A stretch of 32,000 nt of DNA. Source: Tannockella kyphosi. GTDB taxonomy: Bacteria > Bacillota_I > Bacilli_A > Erysipelotrichales > Coprobacillaceae. Under the pieces are notes generated by a model that was not told where the DNA came from, did no database searches, and worked only from the letters and a program-made list of their open reading frames with translations. The position numbers and the translations under genes are program-made. Numbering within the stretch: the first letter of the stretch is position 1; each line of letters starts with the position of its first letter. Location: positions 30,001-62,000 of the forward strand of contig NZ_CP088239.1 in the NCBI RefSeq assembly GCF_021054785.1, given 5' to 3'. This document shows, one piece after another, positions 21,499 to 29,020 of the stretch.

Positions 21499-22194
21499 AT
21501 GAAAAAAAATTATAAATATATATTATGGGATATAGATGATACACTTATTGATTTTAAAAGTTCAGAAAAACAAGCTATTAAAAGTTGTTTTAAAGATTTT
21601 GGGGTTACTTTAACAGATGAAGATATTGAAATATATTCCAATATAAATCATAACTATTGGGAGTTATTAGCAAAACAAAAAATAGAAAAAGAAACGATGT
21701 TAAACCAAAGATTTGAAGACTTCATTCAATATTTATCTTTAGAGAATTTAGATTGCAAAACAATTAACACCCTATATCAAGAAAGACTTGGCGATTATGC
21801 CATCTTGTTTAAAGACGCATTTGAACTTTGTACAAAGTTCAAAAGTAACAAAAAACAATATGCAGTTACTAATGGTACCGTTATAGCCCAAAATAAAAAA
21901 TTAAATAAAACAGGATTAAGAGAATTATTAGACGAAGTATTTATTTCTGATGAAGTTGGATATCAAAAACCAGATATAAGATTTTTCCAACATGTCTTTC
22001 ATGAAATTCCCGATTTTAATCCTGAAAAAGCAATTATGATAGGAGATTCTTTATCTAGTGATATGCTAGGAGCAAATAATGCTAAAATAGATTGTTGTTG
22101 GTTTAATCCAAATGGGAATCTCAATAAAGATAAAGCTATTCAAATTAATTATGAAATAAAAGAATTAAAAGAATTACTGAAGATTATCGAATAG
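21499..22194 (+). CDS. HAD-superfamily hydrolase, YjjG-like nucleotidase subfamily
   Basis: 231 aa. Motif I WDIDDTL, motif II AVTNG, motif III/IV K ... IGDSLSSD. AAGGAG SD. Confidence 0.8.
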   Translation: MKKNYKYILWDIDDTLIDFKSSEKQAIKSCFKDFGVTLTDEDIEIYSNINHNYWELLAKQKIEKETMLNQRFEDFIQYLSLENLDCKTINTLYQERLGDYAILFKDAFELCTKFKSNKKQYAVTNGTVIAQNKKLNKTGLRELLDEVFISDEVGYQKPDIRFFQHVFHEIPDFNPEKAIMIGDSLSSDMLGANNAKIDCCWFNPNGNLNKDKAIQINYEIKELKELLKIIE

Positions 22195-22333
22195 AGATAA
22201 GTTAGAAGATTTTTTTCATGTTTGCATTATGTGTAGAAAATGTTTTTCATGCCTTATTTTTTGTAGTTAATACCAAAAAGGTTGTTGCAAGTAAATTGCT
22301 ATGATAGTATTTGTGCAAAGAAGGGGGAATACT

Positions 22334-23020
22334 ATGATTTATTTAGCTGCAGATACACATGGAATGCATGATTTGGATAAAATCAGAAGCTTCTTTGACA
22401 AAGTTCAACAAAAAACAAAAGTAACAAAAGATGATTATTTAATCATCTTAGGTGATATAGGAATATGTTTTAGTAGTAAAGTGAATAAGAAGACTATTCG
22501 TCAATCCTTACAAACATTACCGATTACCATCTTATTTATTAATGGTGTTTATGAAAATGCTGAAATGATTAAAACATATCCTTCTAAGTTATGGAATGGT
22601 GGTATTGTATATGATTTAGGAGATGATATTTTACATTTAACAAGAGGTCAATTGTTTACTATTGAAGGAAAAACAATTTTCACTTTTGGAGGGGGAAACT
22701 TAATTGATCAATTGTATTGTGTAGAAGGAGGAAGTTGGTGTCAACAAAATACTTTAAAAGAAGAGTTTGAAGCAGGAATGAAAAGATTGTTAGAAGCTAA
22801 TTTTAAAGTAGATTATATTCTTACACATACAGTGCCAACACAATTAGTATATGAATTAAATACTCCTATTCTTTTAGGAGAAGAAGTATTACAAGACTAT
22901 TTACAAGAAATAGCAGATATTACTTCTTTTAAGCAATGGTTTTTTAGTCATGGACAAAAGGATATGAATATTCATGATATATATATTGGTTTATGGGATC
23001 ATATTTTTACCTTAGAATAG
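22334..23020 (+). CDS. Calcineurin-like metallophosphoesterase-family protein with degenerate catalytic motifs
   Basis: Start MIYLAADTHG at ATG 22334 after AAGGGGG (the track start at 22301 is an extension). The order DxH, GD, G-V-Y-E (where GNHE is expected), THT and SHGQ (where GHxH is expected) follows the MPP fold. Confidence 0.75.
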   Translation: MIYLAADTHGMHDLDKIRSFFDKVQQKTKVTKDDYLIILGDIGICFSSKVNKKTIRQSLQTLPITILFINGVYENAEMIKTYPSKLWNGGIVYDLGDDILHLTRGQLFTIEGKTIFTFGGGNLIDQLYCVEGGSWCQQNTLKEEFEAGMKRLLEANFKVDYILTHTVPTQLVYELNTPILLGEEVLQDYLQEIADITSFKQWFFSHGQKDMNIHDIYIGLWDHIFTLE

Positions 23021-23044
23021 GGCTGAATCGTTTTTCAGCCTTTT
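23021..23044 (+). terminator. Intrinsic terminator after the metallophosphoesterase gene
   Basis: GGCTGAA (23021-23027) / TTCAGCC (23034-23040), 6-nt loop, then TTTT. Confidence 0.65.
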
Positions 23045-23092
23045 ATATGGATGATAAAAAGAAGAAATGATAATGTAAAGAAGAGGTGGAAT

Positions 23093-23716
23093 ATGAAAAA
23101 ATATAAAGCAATTATTTATGATATTGATGGAACTGTATTAGATACTTTAAAGATGAATATGGTTCCATTAAAAAAGATAATTGAAGAAGAATTAGGACAA
23201 ACGTGGACTTATCAAGAAGTACTAAAATACGCAAGCTATCCAGGTATGAAAGTGATGGAAGAATTGCAGATAGAAAATAAAGAAGAAGTATATACAAGGT
23301 GGGTAGAGTATGTTAATAATTACCCAGATAAAGCCCAAATCTATCCTGGTATGTTAGAGGTGTTTCAAGCGTTGCAAGGGAATGTAGTACAAGCTGTAAT
23401 GACTTCTAAAAAAAGAGCCCAATATCAAATTGATATGGTGGAACAAGGATATGATGATTATATAAGTGTATCGATTGTTAGTGAAGATACAAAGTTACAT
23501 AAACCAGATCCACAACCTATATTAGCGTGTATACAGGCACTGGGGTTACCAAAAGAAGAAGTGATTTATATTGGTGATGCTTATAGTGATTATTTATGTT
23601 GTCATAAAGCAGGAGTTGATTTTGGATTGGCGTTATGGGGAGCGATTGATAAGGAAGGGATGGAAGATAGTACGTATCTATTAGAAAATCCTACTGATAT
23701 TTTAAATATTTTCTAA
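23093..23716 (+). CDS. HAD-superfamily hydrolase (phosphoglycolate phosphatase / PpaX-like)
   Basis: MKKYKAIIYDIDGTVLDT (DxDGT motif I), TSK motif II, K ... IGDAYSD motif III/IV. ATG 23093 after AGAGGTGG is preferred over the track start. Confidence 0.8.
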   Translation: MKKYKAIIYDIDGTVLDTLKMNMVPLKKIIEEELGQTWTYQEVLKYASYPGMKVMEELQIENKEEVYTRWVEYVNNYPDKAQIYPGMLEVFQALQGNVVQAVMTSKKRAQYQIDMVEQGYDDYISVSIVSEDTKLHKPDPQPILACIQALGLPKEEVIYIGDAYSDYLCCHKAGVDFGLALWGAIDKEGMEDSTYLLENPTDILNIF

Positions 23717-23763
23717 GGGTTACAATTTTCGTTTATTTTTTCACAATATTTATGAAATAATGA

Positions 23764-23792
23764 TTGTGATAGTCTTTATTTTTTGGTAGAAT
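23764..23792 (+). promoter_or_regulatory. Candidate promoter for the small zinc-ribbon ORF
   Basis: TTGTGA (23764-23769), 17-nt spacer ending in TG, TAGAAT (23787-23792). Confidence 0.35.
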
Positions 23793-23868
23793 GTCTAACA
23801 ATAGTAAGTACTACTAGGGAGAGACGCTCCGCAAAATAGATTTATATTTTAATAAGGGGGACAATTCT

Positions 23869-23976
23869 ATGTATTGTAAAAATTGTGGAAACGAGTTAGT
23901 GGAAGGCGCTAAAGTATGTATATGCTGTGGTGACGAACAAGAAGAACAAGAAGAAGCATCAACAAAAGAACAATAA
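23869..23976 (+). CDS. 35-aa zinc-ribbon protein with acidic tail (below the ORF-track length cut-off)
   Basis: ATG 23869 lies 8 nt after AAGGGGG. Translates MYCKNCGNELVEGAKVCICCGDEQEEQEEASTKEQ, with a CxxC-N11-CxxC knuckle pair. Followed 10 nt later by a perfect palindromic terminator. Confidence 0.45.
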   Translation: MYCKNCGNELVEGAKVCICCGDEQEEQEEASTKEQ

Positions 23977-23985
23977 ATTAGAAAT

Positions 23986-24009
23986 AAAAAAAGGCCTAGG
24001 CCTTTTTTT
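23986..24009. terminator. Bidirectional terminator
   Basis: Perfect palindrome A7-GGCCTAGGCC-T7 between the small plus-strand ORF and the convergent opu permease gene. Overlaps the opu stop codon. Confidence 0.7.
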
Positions 24010-25591
24010 AGTCTATATAACCAACTTCTTGTAAGAATTCTTTTGCTACTACAGCAGAATCTTTTCCATCATCAGTGACATAACCATTTAATGTACGCAT
24101 TATTTCATCATCTAATAGTGCAATCACTTCATCGATAATAGTTGCTACTTCAGGATATGTATAATATACATATTCATTAGCGACAGCGACTAGATTATAA
24201 GGAGGGAAGAAGTTTAAATCATCTTCTAACACTACTAAACCATATTTCTCAATTAAACTATCTGTTGCAAATGCAACAATAACATCTACTTCATCACTAT
24301 CAATAGCAGTATACATTAATGTTCCAGAGAAGTTATAAACATTATTGAAATACATATTATAAGTATCTTGAATACCTAATAAACCATCTTCTCTTACTGC
24401 AAACTCTGGAGTACTTCCTAAATCTAAACGACTAGATATTTTAGCCAAATCAGAGAAAGTTTCTAAATCATATTGTTCAGCAAGTTCAGCACTAACTGCT
24501 AAACAATACGTATTATTTATATCAAAAGCATCATAAGTATAGATCCCATCAGCTTCTAATTGAGCAGATACATAATCATAAACTTCTTCACTAGTATCAC
24601 CAGTTTGATAAGTTTCACCTAATACAGTAGAAAGTAATGTTCCTGTATAATCAGGATAGATATCAATTTCACCACTATTTAATGCTTCATAGGCAATCAT
24701 AGTACCACCTAATCCCATTGTTCTTTCCACTGTTAAATCAGTCTTTTGTTCAATTGCTTCTGCAATCATATTCCCAATAATTCTACCTTCCGTAGCTTCT
24801 TTTGAACCAATAACAATATCAGCATCTTGTGAAAAGTAAGAGAAACCAAACATACCAATAATAATTGCAAAAATAAGACCACCACTAGCTAATGTTTGTT
24901 TACGAGCTCTTTTTAAATTATCAATCGCACTTTGTGATAAATTAGCAGCTGTTAATTGTAAACTAACAGGAGTTACCGCTTTTTCCACTTTATTCATTAA
25001 AAAATCCATTGTCAAAGCTAACACACAAGCAGGGATAGCACCAGCTAAAATCATCGCACTATTATCAGTTTGAATACCTGAAATAACAAGTGATCCTAAT
25101 ACATCAGCACCAATATAAGCAGCAATAGTCATTAAACCAACCGCTGTTACAGTAGAAATACGAATCCCAGCCATAATAACAGGTAACGCTAGAGGTATTT
25201 GTACTTTTGATAAAATTTGCCAACGAGTCATCCCAATACCTTTTGCAGCTTCTAAAGTATCTGGATTAATACTAGATAAACCAGTATATGTATTTTTTAA
25301 AATAGGCATTAAAGAATATAACACAACCATAAAGATAGCTGTAGAAGCTCCAATCCCAAAATAAGGAACAATAAATCCTAAGATAGCTAAACTAGGAATC
25401 GCTTGGATTAAATTAGCGAAACTTAATACAGGTTTATCTAAATGCTTAAAATTAAAGATAATGATTCCTAATGGAACACCAATAAAAATAGCTACAACCA
25501 CTGCAATCATAGTATATTGAATATGATTATAAAACAAACCACAAATATAAGCGAAGTTCGTAGTAAAATAATCTAAGAAACTATTAAACAT
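24008..25591 (-). CDS. Osmoprotectant (glycine betaine/carnitine/choline type) ABC transporter, fused permease and substrate-binding protein
   Basis: The N-terminal roughly 210 aa are polytopic with an EAA-type loop (LEAAKGIGMTRWQIL). An extra TM follows, then a soluble domain of about 300 aa of OpuAC/OpuCC type. ATG 25591 lies 8 nt after GGAGGG and overlaps the ATPase stop by 8 nt. The track start 25609 is an extension. Confidence 0.85.
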   Translation of the reverse strand: MFNSFLDYFTTNFAYICGLFYNHIQYTMIAVVVAIFIGVPLGIIIFNFKHLDKPVLSFANLIQAIPSLAILGFIVPYFGIGASTAIFMVVLYSLMPILKNTYTGLSSINPDTLEAAKGIGMTRWQILSKVQIPLALPVIMAGIRISTVTAVGLMTIAAYIGADVLGSLVISGIQTDNSAMILAGAIPACVLALTMDFLMNKVEKAVTPVSLQLTAANLSQSAIDNLKRARKQTLASGGLIFAIIIGMFGFSYFSQDADIVIGSKEATEGRIIGNMIAEAIEQKTDLTVERTMGLGGTMIAYEALNSGEIDIYPDYTGTLLSTVLGETYQTGDTSEEVYDYVSAQLEADGIYTYDAFDINNTYCLAVSAELAEQYDLETFSDLAKISSRLDLGSTPEFAVREDGLLGIQDTYNMYFNNVYNFSGTLMYTAIDSDEVDVIVAFATDSLIEKYGLVVLEDDLNFFPPYNLVAVANEYVYYTYPEVATIIDEVIALLDDEIMRTLNGYVTDDGKDSAVVAKEFLQEVGYID

Positions 25592-26717
25592 GATGAATAC
25601 CCTCCACATCTATATATTGTTGAGAAAGTGTTGTTACTAAAGTACTAGTAGTTACTAGTCCTTTTAATAGATTATTCTCATCTACAACAGGGATACTAGT
25701 AGATTGATGTTCACGAACTTTTGTTAGTAACTCTACAATATTATCATATGGATGAGCAATTACTTTTGGAACTTTCACTAAATTACGAATAGGTTGTGAT
25801 TTATCCTCACATTGAACCATCGATCTAGCACTAACAACTCCTTTAAACTTACCATCATCCCCAATAACTAAAATAGTATCTACTTTACGTAAACGCATAT
25901 TTTCAATTACCTTCAATACAGGTACTTCTGTAAATGTCGTAACAGGTGTTGTCACCATAATATCTTGAGCACGAATAAATTCTGGATTACTCCAAATACG
26001 ATTCTTCCCAACAAAATTAGAAACAAATTCATTAATTGGATTTTTTAAAATATTTTCAGGTATATCATATTGTACAATACTACCATCTTTCATAATACAT
26101 ATACGATCAGCAATCTTAACCGCTTCATCCATATCATGAGTAACAAAGACAATCGTTTTCTTTACCTTTGCTTGTAGATTTACTAACTCATCCTGTAATT
26201 GTTGACGAGTAATTGGATCTACTGCAGAAAATGGTTCATCCATTAAAATAATATCAGGATTTGTTGCAAAAGCACGTGCAACCCCAACCCTTTGATTTTG
26301 TCCTCCAGATAATTGAACTGGATAACGATTTTTAAAGTCTTCTGGATCTAAACTAACCATTGTTAAAAGGTTCTTACTAATAGCGTCACACTCTTCATCC
26401 GACTTTTTTTCTAACCTAGGAATAATCTCTATGTTTTCTTTAATTGTCATGTGTGGAAATAAACCTGTTTGTTGGATTACATACCCAATATTACGTCTTA
26501 AAGCAATTGGATCTTGTCCTGCAATATCTTCTTCTTTAATATAAATGGTACCCCCAGATGGTTGTATTAATTTATTAATCATTTTTAGTGTTGTTGTTTT
26601 ACCACATCCAGATGGCCCAATTAAAACAACAATTTCACCAGCGTTAATCTCAAAACTGATATCATTTAAGACCATCGTGTTTTTATAACTTTTTGAAATA
26701 TTTTCAAATCTTATCAT
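25584..26717 (-). CDS. opuCA: Osmoprotectant ABC transporter ATP-binding protein with tandem C-terminal CBS domains
   Basis: Walker A GPSGCGKTT, signature LSGGQNQR, Walker B ILMDEPFSAVD, VTHD. Close by eye to B. subtilis OpuCA (TTxKMINxLIxPSxGxIYI, RRxIGYVIQQxGLFPHMTI). The C-terminal roughly 125 aa form two CBS-like modules. Confidence 0.9.
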   Translation of the reverse strand: MIRFENISKSYKNTMVLNDISFEINAGEIVVLIGPSGCGKTTTLKMINKLIQPSGGTIYIKEEDIAGQDPIALRRNIGYVIQQTGLFPHMTIKENIEIIPRLEKKSDEECDAISKNLLTMVSLDPEDFKNRYPVQLSGGQNQRVGVARAFATNPDIILMDEPFSAVDPITRQQLQDELVNLQAKVKKTIVFVTHDMDEAVKIADRICIMKDGSIVQYDIPENILKNPINEFVSNFVGKNRIWSNPEFIRAQDIMVTTPVTTFTEVPVLKVIENMRLRKVDTILVIGDDGKFKGVVSARSMVQCEDKSQPIRNLVKVPKVIAHPYDNIVELLTKVREHQSTSIPVVDENNLLKGLVTTSTLVTTLSQQYIDVEGIHHV

Positions 26718-26746
26718 CTAACCCCTCCTTTTCTTCTTTTCATCAT

Positions 26747-26775
26747 ATCATATATTGAATATAATGACTACTCAA
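26747..26775 (-). promoter_or_regulatory. Candidate promoter for the opu operon
   Basis: On the minus strand: TTGAGT (26775-26770), 17-nt spacer, TATGAT (26752-26747). The leader is only about 25 nt, so no riboswitch fits. Confidence 0.45.
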
Positions 26776-26851
26776 TGAATATAGCACCAAAATGTTAAAT
26801 TACTATGTATTCTATATAATAATGTTGTATAATAAGAAAAAAGGTGGAATA

Positions 26852-27610
26852 ATGATGATAAAATGTGAAAGTTGTGGTGCATCATTTGATGAATTAGAAC
26901 CAGTTTGTCCATATTGTGGGACTTTAAATTATATTGGTGCAAGTCAAGAATATTATCAAAAACTAGATAAAATAAAAGATGATTTAGAAGATATTCCAGA
27001 TCAACAAAAAGAATTATATATTGATGTTGCAAAAGATACTGGTAAAAAGACAATGAAATATATTGTTATTGCTATTGGGATTGTTTGTGTTTTAGGGGCT
27101 TGCCTTTATTTTATGACACAAGATCGTTCATCTTATGATATGGCTGATGTGCTGAATTGGCAGTTAGAAAATTATGCTACATTGGATGAATTGTATGAAC
27201 AAGGAGATTATGATAGTATTGTAGATTTTCAATATTCTTTAACAGAAAGTGATTATGATAAAGGCTATTCTTTAATGGATTGGGAACATTATGATTTTAT
27301 GAATTGTTATGAAGCATATTATTATGTAATGATTATAAAAGAAAATGATGAGATAACAGGGGAGTTTATTGCTGATTTAGGTTTCTTGCTGTATCGTAGT
27401 TTGGAAATACGTTTTTCTTTAGAACAATATACATTTAGTGAAGAAGAATATGCATTGTTGGAAATTTATTATTTAGAAGCTTATGATTATATAGTAAATG
27501 ATTTAGGAATACCGGCAGAAGATATAGAAGTGATTTATGAAGAATCGGTGGATTATGAATATTTTTCGTTAATCCCTTCATATGATTATGCAGAGAGTTT
27601 GGGAGGATAG
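26852..27610 (+). CDS. Zinc-ribbon / single-TM / acidic aromatic-rich ectodomain protein (paralog 1)
   Basis: MMIKCESCGASFDELEPVCPYCG (CxxC-N12-CxxC), charged linker, TM KYIVIAIGIVCVLGACLYF, then about 175 aa rich in Y/D/E. AAGGTGG SD. ATG 26852 or 26855. The track's 20-codon extension is implausible. Confidence 0.8.
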   Translation: MMIKCESCGASFDELEPVCPYCGTLNYIGASQEYYQKLDKIKDDLEDIPDQQKELYIDVAKDTGKKTMKYIVIAIGIVCVLGACLYFMTQDRSSYDMADVLNWQLENYATLDELYEQGDYDSIVDFQYSLTESDYDKGYSLMDWEHYDFMNCYEAYYYVMIIKENDEITGEFIADLGFLLYRSLEIRFSLEQYTFSEEEYALLEIYYLEAYDYIVNDLGIPAEDIEVIYEESVDYEYFSLIPSYDYAESLGG

Positions 27611-27613
27611 TAG

Positions 27614-28372
27614 ATGAAATGTAAACATTGTGGTTCGAATCTAACAATTGATGCGCGTTATTGTGCATATTGTGGTAATGAGAATCCTTATTTTAAAAAG
27701 CATCGTGAAGAAATGCAAGAATATCATGATGAGTATGTAGACACAAAAGAAGAAGTATTACAAGATACTAGAAAGTTTAAACATGTAACGATTAAAACTA
27801 CCATTATTGCTATTTTAGTAGCTTTCAATTTAATAGTTATTGTTTTGGAATTAAATGTGTACGAGATAGAAAAATGGGTAGATTCTATGTATGTATCTGC
27901 ACATAAAACTGAATTATTAGAACAGTTAGATGAATTAGAAGCAGCAGAAGCCTTTGAAGATATTGATTATATGTATAGTGAATATAGCTTGTATCGTTAT
28001 GATGAATTTGATAGCTATTCAGAATTGTTTTCAGCTACTTCATCCTATTATTGGGTTTATGATGGTTTAATTGGATGGGAACAAAGTTTAGAATATGTTG
28101 AAAAATATGATTATGATGTCAATGATTATGTAGAATCTCTGGCAAGTAATATTAGTTATTTAGCGAAGTATGGAATACAAGATGACTACGATGACCCGGC
28201 AGCTTTTAGTGATGTCCATATGGATTCTATTAATAAAATGAAAGAAAATGTAATGGTTTTAATTAAACAAAATTTTGATTTAGAAGAAGATATTATCACT
28301 AACTTCTGGGATCTTTCGAACTTAGAAAGAGAAGTAGCATTAAGTGAAGGGGTGAAGATGAATGAAGAATAA
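27614..28372 (+). CDS. Zinc-ribbon / single-TM / acidic aromatic-rich ectodomain protein (paralog 2)
   Basis: MKCKHCGSNLTIDARYCAYCG, charged linker, TM TTIIAILVAFNLIVIVL, then about 170 aa of Y/D/E-rich sequence. GGGAGG lies 7 nt upstream. Starts 3 nt after the paralog 1 stop. Confidence 0.8.
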   Translation: MKCKHCGSNLTIDARYCAYCGNENPYFKKHREEMQEYHDEYVDTKEEVLQDTRKFKHVTIKTTIIAILVAFNLIVIVLELNVYEIEKWVDSMYVSAHKTELLEQLDELEAAEAFEDIDYMYSEYSLYRYDEFDSYSELFSATSSYYWVYDGLIGWEQSLEYVEKYDYDVNDYVESLASNISYLAKYGIQDDYDDPAAFSDVHMDSINKMKENVMVLIKQNFDLEEDIITNFWDLSNLEREVALSEGVKMNEE

Positions 28373-28772
28373 ACTTAAGAACTTAAAAATAACAGATATT
28401 ATTTTATTTATTCTTGCTTTTGCACTCGTTGCTAACAGTGCTATCTTTGTAACCGTTTATCTCGATTATTCCAGTACTTTTTACTATAAAGAAGACTACA
28501 TAATTAATGATATTATTCAAGAAGAATATAATGATGGATTAACCGAGCTTTCTTATTATCGTATTAGTGAAGAAAATGTAAGCACAATCATGCAAGAATG
28601 TTTAGCGTTAGCTGATTATTACAATGCTGCAGTATTATATAGTGCTTATTTAGAAGATGGGCAAACAGAAGTATCCAATACTTATTATGCAATAATGGAA
28701 GAATCAAAAGATTCAACAGGTTCACTATTTTATAATATTGCAATCATTAATGAACAACTCAATATACAATAA
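28362..28772 (+). CDS. Small single-TM protein with Y/E-rich ectodomain
   Basis: 136 aa. N-terminal TM ITDIILFILAFALVANSAIFVTVYL followed by about 100 aa. Overlaps the paralog 2 stop by 11 nt (translational coupling). Confidence 0.7.
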   Translation: MKNKLKNLKITDIILFILAFALVANSAIFVTVYLDYSSTFYYKEDYIINDIIQEEYNDGLTELSYYRISEENVSTIMQECLALADYYNAAVLYSAYLEDGQTEVSNTYYAIMEESKDSTGSLFYNIAIINEQLNIQ

Positions 28773-28830
28773 AAGCTCCCTCACTATAAATAGATTGGTG
28801 GTTATCATACTAATACAAGCTTTCATTATC

Positions 28831-28880
28831 AAAAGTCAATTAAAATGCGGTCACATAACCGCAAAATATTGACTTTTTCC
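28831..28880 (+). terminator. Composite hairpin: probable operon terminator and/or operator
   Basis: Outer arms AAAAGTCAAT (28831-28840) / ATTGACTTTT (28868-28877) enclose an inner GCGGT-CACATA-ACCGC hairpin, followed by a T run. The right arm contains the -35 of the next promoter. Confidence 0.45.
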
Positions 28881-28896
28881 TATTTTATAGTATAGT
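28869..28896 (+). promoter_or_regulatory. Promoter for the zinc-finger/HTH/Panacea gene
   Basis: TTGACT (28869-28874), 16-nt spacer, TATAGT (28891-28896). Predicts a 5' leader of about 120 nt before ATG 29021. Confidence 0.5.
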
Positions 28897-29020
28897 GTAT
28901 ACGGGATTAGAGTATGGTTTTATGTAAAATTAAAAATAGTTACTGAAAATGAGAATGAAGTTCTTAAATGCCTAGGATTTCATGAAGACGAATTCAAGTA
29001 AATAATAGGAGGTATTTGTT

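Noticed and set aside
22219-22305. 28-codon ORF (MFALCVENVFHALFFVVNTKKVVASKLL) in the gap between the HAD and metallophosphoesterase genes, next to a repeated TTTTTCATG motif.
   Set aside because: There is no SD upstream and the peptide is hydrophobic and low-complexity with no recognisable motif. The repeat is short and T-rich.
23793-23868. Possible riboswitch (preQ1 or guanidine-II type) in the leader of the small zinc-ribbon ORF, because of the hairpin GGAG-AGACG-CUCC (23817-23830) followed by an A-rich tail.
   Set aside because: The loop is too short for a preQ1-I aptamer. It is not an ACGR tetraloop closed by G-C, and there is no second hairpin as guanidine-II requires. The downstream gene has no functional link to either ligand.
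27632-27641. GGTTCGAATC, resembling a tRNA T-loop.
   Set aside because: It lies inside the coding frame HCGSNLTI of the 27614 gene. The flanks cannot form a 5-bp T-stem or an acceptor stem.
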